Source: Comamonas serinivorans
Lineage (GTDB): Bacteria; Pseudomonadota; Gammaproteobacteria; Burkholderiales; Burkholderiaceae_C
DNA: 64,000 nt
Direction of reading: 5' to 3'
Assembly: GCF_002158865.1 (NCBI RefSeq)
Contig: NZ_CP021455.1
Location: 1,096,835-1,160,834, forward strand
This document shows, piece after piece, positions 9,264 through 20,047 of this stretch. Below the pieces are notes generated by a model. That model was given only the letters and a program-made list of their open reading frames with translations, was not told where the DNA came from and searched no databases. Position 1 is the first letter of the stretch. The number at the start of each line of letters is the position of its first letter. A program made the position numbers and the translations under genes.

Positions 9264-9992
9264 ATGAACCCACAGAAAGCTGTGCTCGTCATCGGTGCGG
9301 GCGATGCCACGGGAGGCGCGATTGCCCGCCGCTTTGCGCGCGAGGGCTACATCGCCTGCGTCACGCGCCGCAGCGCCGACAAGCTGCAGCCCCTGGTCGA
9401 GCAGATTCGCGCCGACGGCGGCCAGGCGCATGGCTTTGGCAGCGATGCCCGCCAGGAAGAGGCCATGGCCTCGTTGGTGGCGCACATCGAGCGTGACATC
9501 GCCCCCATCGAGGTGGCGGTGTTCAACATCGGCGCCAACGTGCGCTTTCCCATCACCGAGACCACCGCGCGCGTCTACTTCAAGGTGTGGGAGATGGCCT
9601 GTTTCGCCGGCTTTCTGATGGGACGCGAGGCGGCCAAGGTGATGGTGCCGCGGGGCCGCGGCACCATTCTGTTCACCGGGGCCACGGCCAGCCTGCGGGG
9701 GCGCGACGGGTTCGCGGCCTTTGCCGGCGCCAAGCACGGCTTGCGGGCGCTGGCACAGAGCATGGCGCGCGAGCTGTGGCCGAAGGGCATCCACGTCGCC
9801 CACCCCATCATCGACGGCGCCATCGACACCGACTTCATCCAGAGCAATTTCCCCGAACGCTATGCGACCAAGGCGCAGGACGGCATCGTCAACCCCGAGC
9901 GCATCGCCGAGCTGTACTGGCAGATCCACCAGCAGCCGCGCGACGCCTGGACGCACGAAACCGAGCTGCGGCCCTGGATGGAGCCGTGGTGA
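9264..9992 (+). CDS. SDR-family NAD(P)-dependent oxidoreductase
   Basis: VLVIGAGDATGGAIARRFAREG Rossmann motif; catalytic region. Confidence 0.85.
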   Translation: MNPQKAVLVIGAGDATGGAIARRFAREGYIACVTRRSADKLQPLVEQIRADGGQAHGFGSDARQEEAMASLVAHIERDIAPIEVAVFNIGANVRFPITETTARVYFKVWEMACFAGFLMGREAAKVMVPRGRGTILFTGATASLRGRDGFAAFAGAKHGLRALAQSMARELWPKGIHVAHPIIDGAIDTDFIQSNFPERYATKAQDGIVNPERIAELYWQIHQQPRDAWTHETELRPWMEPW

Positions 9993-10220
9993 GGCCGCGT
10001 GAGCCTGGGTGACGCGCCGATGTGCGCGGGCCGGCGATGATGGCGAACACGGTGGCGTGGCGATCCGCCCATGAGCCTGGACCAGCCCGGCTACGCGGGC
10101 GATGGCCGCGACCGCGTGGCTGTCACCCAGCTGGGCGCGCCGTCTTGGCCGTGGGTGAGGTGGCGTGGTCCACAGGCGCCATCGGCGCGACACCCGTTGT
10201 GATGCAAAGATGAATTAAAC

Positions 10221-10272
10221 GCAGTATGCATGGCTTGCCGTTTGAAGATGAACGGCAATGGCTGCATACTGC
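10221..10272. repeat. R1 repeat unit (near-perfect nested palindrome)
   Basis: GCAGTATGCAtggcTTGCCGTTtgaagatgAACGGCAAtggcTGCATACTGC. Confidence 0.75.
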
Positions 10273-10293
10273 ACACTGAATGCAGGAGACACC

Positions 10294-10896
10294 ATGAGCA
10301 AGACCGCGGATTTTCTGTTTGACTTCGGCAGCCCCAATGCCTACCTGAGCCACAAGGTGATCCCGCAGATCGAGGCGCGCACGGGCGCGCGGTTCACCTA
10401 CGTGCCCATTTTGCTGGGCGGCTTGTTCAAGGCGGCCAACAACCGCTCGCCCATGGAGGCCTTCGCCGACATCCCGAACAAGCTCGCCTACGAGCGCGTG
10501 GAGCGCGAGCGCTTCGTCAAGCGGCATGCGCTCACCGCCTTCCGCCACAACCCGCACTTTCCGGTCAACACGCTGCAGATCATGCGTGGCGCGGTGGCGG
10601 CGCAGCAGCTCGGCTGCTTCGAGCGCTACGTCGACGTGGTCTACGCCAGCATGTGGGAGCGCGGCGCCAACATGGCCGACGCTGCCGTCATCGCGGCCGA
10701 ACTCACGGCGGGCGGGCTGGACGCGGCGGCCATCCAGGCCGCCTCGCAGGCGCCCGAGGTCAAGGCCGGGCTGCTGGCCAACACGCAGCAGGCCTTCGAG
10801 CGCGGGGCCTTCGGCTCGCCCACCTTCTTCGTCGGCCCGGAGATCTACTTTGGCAAGGACAAGCTGCGCGAGGTCGAAGAGGCGCTGGCGGCTTGA
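10294..10896 (+). CDS. DsbA-like thioredoxin-fold protein (2-hydroxychromene-2-carboxylate isomerase family)
   Basis: FDFGSPNAYL N-term, C-term GSPTFFVG..YFGKDKL. Confidence 0.8.
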   Translation: MSKTADFLFDFGSPNAYLSHKVIPQIEARTGARFTYVPILLGGLFKAANNRSPMEAFADIPNKLAYERVERERFVKRHALTAFRHNPHFPVNTLQIMRGAVAAQQLGCFERYVDVVYASMWERGANMADAAVIAAELTAGGLDAAAIQAASQAPEVKAGLLANTQQAFERGAFGSPTFFVGPEIYFGKDKLREVEEALAA

Positions 10897-11023
10897 CGCC
10901 GAGCCTTGTTCACGGCCAACGCCGCGGCGTTGGGGCATGGCGCGGCCTGCTGAGGCAGCTCAGCGCCTGCAGCCCCATCACCACGTGCGTGCGACATTCC
11001 ATGAACCCCAAGGAGACACGGAC

Positions 11024-11437
11024 ATGAGCGACATCCATTACCAGGCCGTGCTGCCCGAGGGCTGGCAGCGCCCGCGCGGTTTTTCGCATGGCGTGGTGGC
11101 CCAGGGCAGCAAGCTGCTGCGCATCGCGGGGCAGATCGGCAGCAAGCCGGACGCGCACGGCGTGGAAGCGGGGCTGGATTTCGGCCAGCAGTGGGAGCGC
11201 GCGCTGGGGAATGTGGTGGCCGTGGTGCGCGCCGCTGGCGGCAGCGCGAGCCACCTGGTGGCGCTGCGCGTCTACGTCACCCGCATGGACGACTTTCGCG
11301 AGCACGGCGCCGCGATCGGCGCGGCCTGGTCCACGCACCTGGGCAAGCACTTTCCGGCCATGACGCTGGTGCAGGTGGCGGGCTTGCTCGATGCCCACGC
11401 CACGGTGGAGATCGAAGCCGAGGCCGTGCTGGCCTGA
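11024..11437 (+). CDS. RidA/YjgF-family protein
   Basis: ~137 aa, conserved C-terminal LVQVAGLLDAHATVEIEAEAVL. Confidence 0.8.
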   Translation: MSDIHYQAVLPEGWQRPRGFSHGVVAQGSKLLRIAGQIGSKPDAHGVEAGLDFGQQWERALGNVVAVVRAAGGSASHLVALRVYVTRMDDFREHGAAIGAAWSTHLGKHFPAMTLVQVAGLLDAHATVEIEAEAVLA

Positions 11438-11929
11438 ACGCTCGCCACGACCGGCGAGGCGCCGACGTGGCGGTTCGTCGCCATCGCGGGAAGCCCCATG
11501 CGCAGCACCAGGTGCCTGGCTGGGCTTGCAGCACTCGGCACCACCGGGTCATTGGCGTCAACGCCAGAGGTGACCGCCACCAGCTGCCTGTGGTTCAGGC
11601 CCTGGCCGTTCACCAGGCCCATACCGGCTTTGCCGGGGCGGTCTGGGCGATGGTGGATGCTGCGGTGGAGCGCCAGCCGGGAAGCGGAACATCACCTTGT
11701 CCCGACTGCTTCGGCGCAGAGCCATGACGACACAGCTGACGTGCGGGGCGGTGATGCGTGACGCGTGACGATGGCCTGTTGGATCAACAGGCAGCCGAAC
11801 TGCAAATCACCACGGCCACCTCCGCCGCTGAGCAACGGAAGTGTTCGTCATGCGGTGAGCGCGTCTGCGTCTGAGATGTCCACGACCTCCCATGCAATCC
11901 GGGGCCGTCGGCCTGGCCCGGGCGACGTG

Positions 11930-12991
11930 TCAGACAGGGGTGCCTGGCGGCCGCTCGCCCTGGCCGTGTGCAGCCTGGGTTGGCGGGATGTGCTGGGCAT
12001 CGGCGGGGGAGTTTGCGCCAGTTTCCGATGATGTTTCGGGTTCATTGACGTAATACTGCTGGCCGCCACCCGACTCGTAGTAAATGCGTGTGAGCAGCTC
12101 GCCAATCAGGCCGGCGGCGACGAAGGTGATGCCCATCAGCACCAGCATCACGCCGACGATGAGCAGCGGGCGCCCGCCGATGTCGTGACCGAACAGCTTG
12201 AGGAGGAACAGCCAGGCCAGGATGAGGAAACCCGGCGTGGCCAGCCACAGGCCCACGCCCCCGAAGGCGTGCAGCGGGCGCTGGCGGTAGCGCATCAGGA
12301 AGACCATGAGGATCAGGTCCAGGATGACGCGGAAGGTGCGGTCGATGCCGTACTTGGACACGCCGCGTGTGCGGGCGTGGTGGCGCACGGGCACCTCGGT
12401 GATGCGGGCGCCGGCATCGCGCGCCAGCGATGGGATGAAGCGGTGCAGTTCGCCATAAAGGTGGATGCGGTCGATGATGTGCCGCCGGTAGGCCTTGAGC
12501 GCGCAGCCATAGTCGTGCAGCTGCACGCCGGTGGCCTGGGAGATCAGGCGGTTGGCGATTTTGGACGGCAGCTTGCGCGAGAGCGCCGCGTCCTGCCGGT
12601 CCTTGCGCCAGCCCGAGACCATGTCCACGTCGGGATCGGTCTCGAGCCGGTTCAGCAGCAGCGGGATGTCGTCGGGCTCGTTCTGCAGGTCGGCATCCAG
12701 CGTGACCACGTAGCGGCCGCGCACGCGGTCGAAGCCCGCCTGCAGGCCGCTGGACTGGCCGTAGTTGCGGGCCAGCAGCACGGGGCGCAGCCAGGGCCGC
12801 GTGCGGGCCAGCTCGAGCAGCAGCTTGCCGCTGCCGTCGCGGGAGCCGTCGTCCACGGCAATCAGCTCGAACGACAGCGGCTGGCTGCGCATGGCGGCCT
12901 CGATGCGCGTGACCAGGTCGGGCAGGTTGTCCACCTCGTTGTAGATGGGGACGACGATGGAGACCTCAGGGGGTGTGGAAATGGGCTGCAT
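11930..12991 (-). CDS. GT2 polyprenol-phosphate glycosyltransferase (ArnC/RgtE-like, undecaprenyl-phosphate sugar transferase)
   Basis: VSIVVPIYNE..AVDDGSRDGS..TLDADLQ DxD; C-terminal TM pair. Confidence 0.85.
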   Translation of the reverse strand: MQPISTPPEVSIVVPIYNEVDNLPDLVTRIEAAMRSQPLSFELIAVDDGSRDGSGKLLLELARTRPWLRPVLLARNYGQSSGLQAGFDRVRGRYVVTLDADLQNEPDDIPLLLNRLETDPDVDMVSGWRKDRQDAALSRKLPSKIANRLISQATGVQLHDYGCALKAYRRHIIDRIHLYGELHRFIPSLARDAGARITEVPVRHHARTRGVSKYGIDRTFRVILDLILMVFLMRYRQRPLHAFGGVGLWLATPGFLILAWLFLLKLFGHDIGGRPLLIVGVMLVLMGITFVAAGLIGELLTRIYYESGGGQQYYVNEPETSSETGANSPADAQHIPPTQAAHGQGERPPGTPV

Positions 12992-13159
12992 GGCGGGTGG
13001 ATGAGGCGGGCGATGACGCATGGGCACGCTGGCGAACCGGCGTCCGGTGTCCTGGCGACAGGCCTGGCGCTGCGGGGCAGGTGGATAATCACCGCAAACG
13101 CCGATTGTGCCCATTCCGAGTTCCGTCGCGCGCTGCGCCACCGCCTGCCGCCCACCTCC

Positions 13160-14752
13160 ATGCCCCGTTCGCCCGCTGCTTCCTCAGACGCCGCCCGTCC
13201 GTCCCCTGCGCAGCGGCCCTGGCTGCAAGCCCTGTACGACAACCCCTGGCCCTGGCTGCTGGCCTTTTTGCTGGCCCACGTGGTGTCGCGCGGCGTGATC
13301 TCAACCGGCATGAAATGGGACGAGTCCGAGCAGATTCTCTGGTCGCAGCAGCTGGCCCTGGGCTATGGCGCGCAGCCGCCGCTCTACACCTGGCTGCAGT
13401 GGGCCGTGATCCAGGTGCTGGGGCCGTCGGTGCTGGCGCTGGCGCTGGTCAAGCACGCGGCCATTGGCCTGACCTATGTGCTGGCCTGGCTGGCCGCGCG
13501 GCAGCTGCTCACGGCGCGCGGTGCCTTCTGGGTCGCCAGCGGGCTGCTGCTGATGCCGCCTTTCGGCTGGAACGCGGTGCGCGACCTGACCCACACCGTG
13601 CTCGTCACGGCGATGGCGCTGGGCCTGTGCGGGGCCGTGCTGCGCCTGGTGCAGGCGCCCAGACCGGGCCACTACGCGCTGGTGGGCCTGTTCTGCGGCC
13701 TGGGCATGATGGCCAAGTACAGCTTTGCCCTGAGCATCGGCGCGTTCTTCGTCGCCTGCCTCACGGTGCCGCAGGCGCGGCGCGCCCTGTTTCAGCGCGG
13801 CTGGTGGCTGGCGCCGCTGGTGGGCCTGCTGATCTTCGCGCCCAACGGCTGGTGGGTGCTGAACCATTGGCACGAGGCCACGGCGGCCACCCTGGACAAG
13901 ATGGAGATCTCGCAGCAGGTGTCGGTCTTCACCGGCGCCGCGAACCTGCTGCAGATCACGGCGTCCACGTTGCTGCTGTGGGCCCTGGTGGTGGTGCTGG
14001 CCTTTCGCGGCCAGCTGCGCGCGCCCTTGCCCGCCGACGCCGATGCCCGCTGGCCCTGGCGCAGCTGGGCCTGGCCGCTGCTGGGGCGCTACCTGCTGTT
14101 CGTCGGCCTGGCCATGGTGGCCATGGTCGTGCTGGGCGATGTGAGCAACTTCAAGGAGCGCTGGCTGCTGCCCCTGGTGGCCGTGGTGCCGTTGGCGTTC
14201 TTCGTCTGGCGCCCGTCGCTGCAGGCCGACGACAACCCGCGCGGCGGCCTGTACACCGGGGCGGTGCTGGTGTTCGCGCTGATCTTCTTCGCCATGGCGA
14301 CGGCGCGGCCCTGGGTGGCCGGTGCACGCAACCAGGACAAGCCCGGCGAGGCCGACGAGCTGACTTTTCCGGTGCCCGAGCTGGCGGCCCGGCTGCGCCA
14401 GGCGGGCTACGACGGGCGTGGCGACATCGTGGGCGCCGACCACATGCTGGCGGCCATGATGCGGTCCGAGTTTCCCCAGGTGCAGGCGCGCGGCTGCGCG
14501 CCTTTGCCAGGTCGCACGCCGGCGGCCTGCGTGGCCCAGGCCCTGCAGCAGGCGCGTGCCACAGGGCGGGGCCTGCTGCTGGTGTCGCGTGCCCGTGACG
14601 CGGGCTGGTGGGCCGCAGTATTGCCCCAGACTGGTTACAAAGAGTACGAGAGCATGGCCATACCTTCTTCCAAAATGCCTGTTGACGCGGCACCGATGCC
14701 GTTCCATTTCGTGTGGGTGCCCCCGCAGACCGTGCCGGGGGCGCAGCCATGA
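13160..14752 (+). CDS. GT39-family (ArnT/PMT-like) membrane glycosyltransferase
   Basis: Multi-TM, periplasmic loop KWDESEQ (DE motif); start taken at first in-frame ATG after spurious N-extension. Confidence 0.75.
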   Translation: MPRSPAASSDAARPSPAQRPWLQALYDNPWPWLLAFLLAHVVSRGVISTGMKWDESEQILWSQQLALGYGAQPPLYTWLQWAVIQVLGPSVLALALVKHAAIGLTYVLAWLAARQLLTARGAFWVASGLLLMPPFGWNAVRDLTHTVLVTAMALGLCGAVLRLVQAPRPGHYALVGLFCGLGMMAKYSFALSIGAFFVACLTVPQARRALFQRGWWLAPLVGLLIFAPNGWWVLNHWHEATAATLDKMEISQQVSVFTGAANLLQITASTLLLWALVVVLAFRGQLRAPLPADADARWPWRSWAWPLLGRYLLFVGLAMVAMVVLGDVSNFKERWLLPLVAVVPLAFFVWRPSLQADDNPRGGLYTGAVLVFALIFFAMATARPWVAGARNQDKPGEADELTFPVPELAARLRQAGYDGRGDIVGADHMLAAMMRSEFPQVQARGCAPLPGRTPAACVAQALQQARATGRGLLLVSRARDAGWWAAVLPQTGYKEYESMAIPSSKMPVDAAPMPFHFVWVPPQTVPGAQP

Positions 14753-15768
14753 GCACGGTGCTGGTCACCGGCGTGGCGGGCTTCATCGGCATGCATTGCG
14801 CGCGCGAGCTGCTGGGCCAGGGCCACCAGGTCGTGGGCATCGACAACCTCAACGCCTACTACGAGGTCTCGCTCAAGCAAGCGCGGCTGGCCCAGCTGCA
14901 GGCGCACCCGCATGCCGCGAACTTCCGCTTCGAGCGGCTGGACGTGGCCGACCGCGACGGCATGGCCCGGTTGTTCGACGCCACGCGCCCCACGCGCGTG
15001 CTGCACCTGGCCGCCCAGGCCGGCGTGCGCTACTCCATCGACCAGCCCGACGACTACACCGACGCCAACCTGCTGGGCTTTGGCAACGTGCTGCAGAACG
15101 GCCGCCGCCACGCCGTGCAGCACCTGGTGTATGCCAGCAGCTCCAGCGTCTACGGCGGCAACGCCAAGATGCCCTATGCCGAGCGCGATGCCGTCGACCA
15201 CCCCATCAGCTACTACGCGGCCACCAAGAAGGCCAACGAGCTGATGGCGCACACCTACGCCCACCTTTACGGCATGCCGACGACGGGCTTGCGCTTCTTC
15301 ACCGTCTATGGGCCCTGGGGCCGGCCCGACATGGCCTTGTTCAAGTTCACGCGCGCCATGCTGGCGGGCGAGGCCATCGACGTCTACGGCCAGGGCCAGC
15401 TGGTGCGCGACTTCACCTTCATCGACGACATCGTCCAGGGGGTGCTGCGCGTGCTGGACAAACCCGCCACGCCCGATGCCCAGTACGACGCCATGGTGCC
15501 CAATCCGGGAACGAGCACGGCCCCATACCGCATCTTCAACATCGGCAACAGCCAGCCCACGGTGCTGATGGACTACATCGCCGCCATCGAGCGCGCCCTG
15601 GGCGTCACCGCCAACAAACGCATGCTGCCCATTCAGCCGGGCGACATGCAGGCCACTTCGGCCGACACGCGTGCCCTGCGCGACTGGGTCGGCTTCGAGC
15701 CCGGCACGCCCGTGACCGTCGGCGTGCAGCGCTTCGTGGATTGGTACAGGGAGTTTTTCCGCACATGA
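14749..15768 (+). CDS. NAD-dependent epimerase (UDP-glucuronate 4-epimerase-like)
   Basis: [25 protein letters not shown] (YxxxK); start overlaps upstream stop (ATGA). Confidence 0.85.
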   Translation: MSTVLVTGVAGFIGMHCARELLGQGHQVVGIDNLNAYYEVSLKQARLAQLQAHPHAANFRFERLDVADRDGMARLFDATRPTRVLHLAAQAGVRYSIDQPDDYTDANLLGFGNVLQNGRRHAVQHLVYASSSSVYGGNAKMPYAERDAVDHPISYYAATKKANELMAHTYAHLYGMPTTGLRFFTVYGPWGRPDMALFKFTRAMLAGEAIDVYGQGQLVRDFTFIDDIVQGVLRVLDKPATPDAQYDAMVPNPGTSTAPYRIFNIGNSQPTVLMDYIAAIERALGVTANKRMLPIQPGDMQATSADTRALRDWVGFEPGTPVTVGVQRFVDWYREFFRT

Positions 15769-17135
15769 AAGTCACCGTATTTGGCACCGGCTACGTGGGC
15801 CTGGTGCAGGGGGCCGTGCTGGCCGATGCCGGCCACCACGTGCTCTGCGTGGACGTGGACGCCGACAAGGTGGCGGGCCTCCAGGCCGGCCGCATGCCCA
15901 TCCACGAGCCTGGCCTGGAGGCGCTGGTGCACCGCACCCAGCAGCTCGGCCGGCTGGACTTCACCACCGATGCCGCCGAGGGCGTGCGCCGCAGTCCCGT
16001 CATCTTCCTGGCCGTGGGCACGCCGCCCGACGAGGACGGCAGCGCCGACCTGCAGTACGTGCTGGCCGTCGCGCGCACCATCGCCACGCACATGGATGGC
16101 CCCCGCACCGTCATCAACAAATCGACGGTGCCCGTGGGCACGGCCGACAAGGTGGCGCAGGTGTTGCGCCAGGTGCTGGCCGAGCGCGGTGCCGACCACG
16201 TGTTCGACGTCGTCTCCAACCCCGAATTCCTCAAGGAGGGCGCCGCCGTGGCCGATTGCCAGCGGCCGGACCGCATCATCGTCGGCACCGACAGCCCGCG
16301 GGCCGAAGCCCAGCTGCGCGAGCTGTACGCGCCCTTCAACCGCAACCACGACAAGATCGTGGTGATGGACGTGAAGAGCGCCGAGCTGACCAAGTACGCC
16401 GCCAACGCCATGCTGGCGACCAAGATCAGCTTCATGAACGAGATCGCCAACATCGCCGAGCGCATGGGGGCCGACATCGAGGCCGTGCGCCGCGGCATCG
16501 GCAGCGATCCGCGCATCGGCTACCACTTCATCTACCCCGGGGTGGGCTATGGCGGCAGCTGCTTTCCCAAGGACGTGAAGGCCCTCATCCACACCGCACA
16601 AGAGGCCGGCTTCGAGCCCACGCTGCTCGACGCCGTGGAGGCACGCAACCGCGCCCAGCGCGAGGTGCTGTTCTCGAAGATCAGTGCGCATTACGCGGCC
16701 CGGGGCGGGTCGCTGGCCGGCAAGACCGTCGCCGTCTGGGGCCTGGCCTTCAAGCCCAACACCGACGACATGCGCGAAGCGCCCAGCCGCAACCTGCTGC
16801 AGGCCCTGTGGCAGGCCGGCGCCACCGTGCAGGCGCATGACCCCGTGGCCATGGCCGAGGCCCGCCGCATCTTCGGCGAGCGCCCCGACCTGCGCCTGGT
16901 GGACAGCCCCATGGCCGCGCTGCAGGGGGCCGACTGCCTGGCCATCGTGACCGAGTGGCAGAGCTTTCGCGTGCCCGATTTCGACGAGCTGGCCCAGGCC
17001 CTGACAGACCGCATCGTGTTCGACGGCCGCAACCTGTACGACCCCGCCGTGGTCGCCCGCCACGGGCTGACCTACGTGTCGATCGGTCGGCCGGTGCGCG
17101 GTGAGCCCGCCGGAGACTGGCTGAATCCGGTTTGA
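15765..17135 (+). CDS. ugd: UDP-glucose 6-dehydrogenase
   Basis: [20 protein letters not shown] catalytic Cys; start overlaps upstream stop. Confidence 0.9.
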   Translation: MKVTVFGTGYVGLVQGAVLADAGHHVLCVDVDADKVAGLQAGRMPIHEPGLEALVHRTQQLGRLDFTTDAAEGVRRSPVIFLAVGTPPDEDGSADLQYVLAVARTIATHMDGPRTVINKSTVPVGTADKVAQVLRQVLAERGADHVFDVVSNPEFLKEGAAVADCQRPDRIIVGTDSPRAEAQLRELYAPFNRNHDKIVVMDVKSAELTKYAANAMLATKISFMNEIANIAERMGADIEAVRRGIGSDPRIGYHFIYPGVGYGGSCFPKDVKALIHTAQEAGFEPTLLDAVEARNRAQREVLFSKISAHYAARGGSLAGKTVAVWGLAFKPNTDDMREAPSRNLLQALWQAGATVQAHDPVAMAEARRIFGERPDLRLVDSPMAALQGADCLAIVTEWQSFRVPDFDELAQALTDRIVFDGRNLYDPAVVARHGLTYVSIGRPVRGEPAGDWLNPV

Positions 17136-17142
17136 ACATCAG

Positions 17143-17195
17143 CCAGTATGGGTTGGTTGCCGTTGATGAAAAAACGGCAATGAGCTTATACCCCC
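17143..17195. repeat. R1 repeat unit
   Basis: CCAGTATGGGTTGG TTGCCGTTgatgaaaaAACGGCAATG AGCTTATACCCCC. Confidence 0.7.
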
Positions 17196-17219
17196 ATTCA
17201 AGATGACACAAGGCAAGCC

Positions 17220-18149
17220 ATGAGCATCGGCCGCAGCATTCGCCTGTTCCTGGTGGACGGGTCTTCCAATGGCCTGCTGACCGCAGAAATCATGAACTGG
17301 ACCGGCCACGTGCTGACCGGTCCGCGCAGCAAGCTGGCCGAGGTGGTGCGGCGGCCCGAGTGCGCGCGCACCGGCATCTACTTCCTGATCGGCCCCGATC
17401 CCGACAACGCCTTGCTGACGCGCGTCTACATCGGTGAATCCGACGATGTGGCGGAGCGCCTCAAGCAGCACAACCGGCCCGAAACCCCGGACGGCAGGGG
17501 CGGCAAGGACTTCTGGGAGCGCGTGTGCCTGGTCACCAGCAAGGACATGAACCTGACCAAGGCGCACGCCAAGTACCTGGAGAGCAAGCTCATCGGCATC
17601 GCCACGGCTGCGGGGCGCTGCGTGGTGTCCAACGGCACGGCGCACGACTACGGGGCGCTGCCCGAGTCCGACCGCGCCGACATGGCGTACTTCCTCGACC
17701 AGATCCGCACCGTGCTGCCCGTGCTGGGCTTCGACTTTCTGCACGAGGCGCGACGGGCGCCGTCCACCTTGCCCGTCCCGCCGGTGGCCGACGCGCAAGG
17801 CTTCGAGATGAGCGTGCCGCGCCATGGCATCCAGGCCTTCGCCAAAGAGGTGGATGGCGAGTTCGTGGTGCAGCAGGGCTCGCGCGCACGCGGCAGCTGG
17901 ATCGGCGGCATCAGCGGCTACCAGGGGCTGTTTGAACAGCTGGTGGCCAGCGGCATCCTGCAGGCCGACGGGGCCGACCACTGCCGGTTTGCCGAGGACC
18001 ACGCCTTCAGCAGCCCCAGTGCCGCCGCGTCGGTGGTGTGCGGCCGCATCGCCAACGGCCGCACCAGCTGGCTGGTGCAAGGCAGCTTGCAAACCTATGC
18101 CGATTGGCAGGACGCCCAGCTCAAGGCCGACGGGGCGCCAGCCGAGTGA
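17220..18149 (+). CDS. GIY-YIG nuclease domain protein with C-terminal DUF4357-like domain
   Basis: TGIYFLIG..RVYIGESDDVAERLKQHNR canonical GIY-YIG; C-terminal conserved domain. Confidence 0.8.
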   Translation: MSIGRSIRLFLVDGSSNGLLTAEIMNWTGHVLTGPRSKLAEVVRRPECARTGIYFLIGPDPDNALLTRVYIGESDDVAERLKQHNRPETPDGRGGKDFWERVCLVTSKDMNLTKAHAKYLESKLIGIATAAGRCVVSNGTAHDYGALPESDRADMAYFLDQIRTVLPVLGFDFLHEARRAPSTLPVPPVADAQGFEMSVPRHGIQAFAKEVDGEFVVQQGSRARGSWIGGISGYQGLFEQLVASGILQADGADHCRFAEDHAFSSPSAAASVVCGRIANGRTSWLVQGSLQTYADWQDAQLKADGAPAE

Positions 18150-18518
18150 CGCGCGACTGGCTGTGAGGACGCGCTGACGCGCTGGGCAAACGCAGCCATT
18201 GGTGCGCCCCTCACCGCCGGCCGTTCAGGGGGTGCACCGTGTTGCCAACTTGGCGCCTCGCCTTTTTGCCGCGACCGCGCGGAGCAGCTTCCTTCACGGT
18301 CACTTTGCTTCGGCGTCCCGTGACAAGTATGCGCAGGCGAATGGCGCACGCGAGGACACGCGTAGGCGGTACACAGGCCGTGTCAACACAAACCGCGTGG
18401 TCACCTGCGACCACCCCGAGCCGCCGGTGAGGGCTGCGCATCGGCTGCGTGGCCCGCGGGGGCCACGCCGGTTCGCGCCCCGCGGCGGGTGCCAGGCTGG
18501 CGCAGACCCTGGGCCGAC

Positions 18519-19406
18519 TCAGCGCCCGAAGGCGAACACGGCCGGGTCGTGCTTGCTGGGCAGGGCCACGGCATTCGCCTCGGCGTTCGCCCCGCTGGCG
18601 CGCAGCCAGCTGCGCCACTGGCTCACGCTGCCGCTGCGCGTGTGGCCGCCCGGCAGGGTCAGGCCCCAGCTCAGCGACAGCCGCGTGTTGGGCTGCAAGC
18701 CTTGCACCAGCGCCTGCAGCAGCGCGGCGTTGCGGAACGGGGTTTCGATGGCGATCTGCGTTTGCCCGGTTTTGAGCGCGTGCGCCTCCAGCTGCTTGAT
18801 GCGCGTGCTGCGTTGGCTGGCGTCCTGCGGCAGGTAGCCGATGAAGGCAAAGCTCTGCCCGTTCAGGCCGCTGGCGGCCAGCGCCAGCAGCAGCGACACC
18901 GGGCCGGGCAGGACGACCACGGGCACGCCCAGGGCATGTGCGGCCCGCACCACGGCGCTGCCGGGGTCGGCAATCGCGGGCATGCCGGCCTCGCTGATCA
19001 GGCCCACGTCCAGGCCTTGCTGGGTGGGGGCCAGCCAGGCGCGGGCCGCGGCCTCGGTCTGGCGGCCGGCCTCGTGGGTGCCGTCGTGGTCGCCCTGCTT
19101 GTGCGCGGCGCGCGGCAGTTCGCTGATCTGCATCTGCTGCAGCGGCACGGCCAGCGGGCAGACCTCGCCGATGCGTTTGAGCACGGCCCGGGCCGTCTTG
19201 GCGTTTTCGCACACCCAGTGCGTGATCTGCGAGGCGGTGTGCAGCACGCCGTGGGGCAGCACCTCGGTGATGGGCACACCCGCTTCGCAGCCGAAGTCCA
19301 GCGGCGCCGGCACCAGCACCAGGCGCCCCGGCGCACGCGGGCTTGGTTGCTCGCTGGGGGATGAAGAAACTTCGGCAGTATCGGGATTTTCCGTTGAGTG
19401 CGTCAT
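18519..19406 (-). CDS. tetrapyrrole-methylase-fold SAM-dependent methyltransferase (RsmI-like); N-terminus uncertain
   Basis: LVLVPAPLDFG ~ LYVVPTPIGN; YLPQDASQR, TPFRN; first ~25 codons have low GC3 and lie inside an R1 repeat. Confidence 0.65.
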   Translation of the reverse strand: MTHSTENPDTAEVSSSPSEQPSPRAPGRLVLVPAPLDFGCEAGVPITEVLPHGVLHTASQITHWVCENAKTARAVLKRIGEVCPLAVPLQQMQISELPRAAHKQGDHDGTHEAGRQTEAAARAWLAPTQQGLDVGLISEAGMPAIADPGSAVVRAAHALGVPVVVLPGPVSLLLALAASGLNGQSFAFIGYLPQDASQRSTRIKQLEAHALKTGQTQIAIETPFRNAALLQALVQGLQPNTRLSLSWGLTLPGGHTRSGSVSQWRSWLRASGANAEANAVALPSKHDPAVFAFGR

Positions 19407-19427
19407 CGGTAATGCTAGATACTGGGT
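19375..19427. repeat. R1 repeat unit spanning the Maf stop and the RsmI-like ATG
   Basis: GCAGTATCGGGA TTTTCCGTTgagtgcgtcATCGGtAATG CTAGATACTGGGTC. Confidence 0.6.
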
Positions 19428-20047
19428 CAGATGGGCATGCCGACGGCACGCAGCAAGCGGCAGGTGCGGATCAGCGGCAGGCCGATGAGGGCCGTGGGGT
19501 CGTCGTTGTCGATGGCGTCGAGCAGGCTGATGCCCAGGCCTTCGCTCTTGGCGCTGCCGGCGCAGTCGTAGGGCTGCTCGGCGTGCAGGTAGTGCTCGAT
19601 CTCGGCCTCCGTCAGCGTGCGAAAGCGCACGGCCACCTCCGCCACCTCGTGCTGCACAAAGCCGATGTCCTGGCAGACCACGGCCACGGCGGTGTGAAAC
19701 CGCACGGTCTGCCCGCTCATGCGCGTGAGCTGCGCCACCGCACGCTCGTGCGTGCCAGGCTTGCCCAGCGGCTCGCCATGCAGGTCGGCCACCTGGTCCG
19801 ACCCGATGACCGCGGCGTCGGGCCGCTGGCGCGCGACCGCCTGGGCCTTGGCCACCGCCAGGCGCAGCGCCAGGGCGCCGGGCAGCTCGCCCGCCAGCGG
19901 CGTCTCGTCCACCTCGGGCCCGATCACCTCGAAGGGCAAGCGCAGCCGGTGCATCAGCTCGGCCCGGTAGCGCGAGGTGGAGCCCAGCACCAGCGGACGC
20001 GGCAGGTTGAGGGACGAATTGAGGGAGATTTCGTGGACGTGCGACAT
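19427..20047 (-). CDS. maf: Maf-like nucleoside triphosphate pyrophosphatase
   Basis: LVLGSTSRYRAELM..IGSDQV..EGLGISLLD. Confidence 0.8.
   Translation of the reverse strand: MSHVHEISLNSSLNLPRPLVLGSTSRYRAELMHRLRLPFEVIGPEVDETPLAGELPGALALRLAVAKAQAVARQRPDAAVIGSDQVADLHGEPLGKPGTHERAVAQLTRMSGQTVRFHTAVAVVCQDIGFVQHEVAEVAVRFRTLTEAEIEHYLHAEQPYDCAGSAKSEGLGISLLDAIDNDDPTALIGLPLIRTCRLLRAVGMPI

Noticed and set aside
12185-13159. N-terminal 325 codons of the 855-aa ORF 12185-14752
   Set aside because: Overlaps the well-supported GT2 gene on the opposite strand; the GT39 homology begins only after the ATG at 13160
18340-18400. Possible extra R1 copy (AAGTATGCGCAGGCGAATGGCGCAC...GGTACACAGG)
   Set aside because: Order of motifs (AATGG before the inner stem) and 3' end do not fit either orientation of the family
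18211-19449. 412-aa and other ORFs overlapping the RsmI-like gene
   Set aside because: Low-complexity Arg/Ala/Pro-rich translations; the methyltransferase frame carries the conserved motifs
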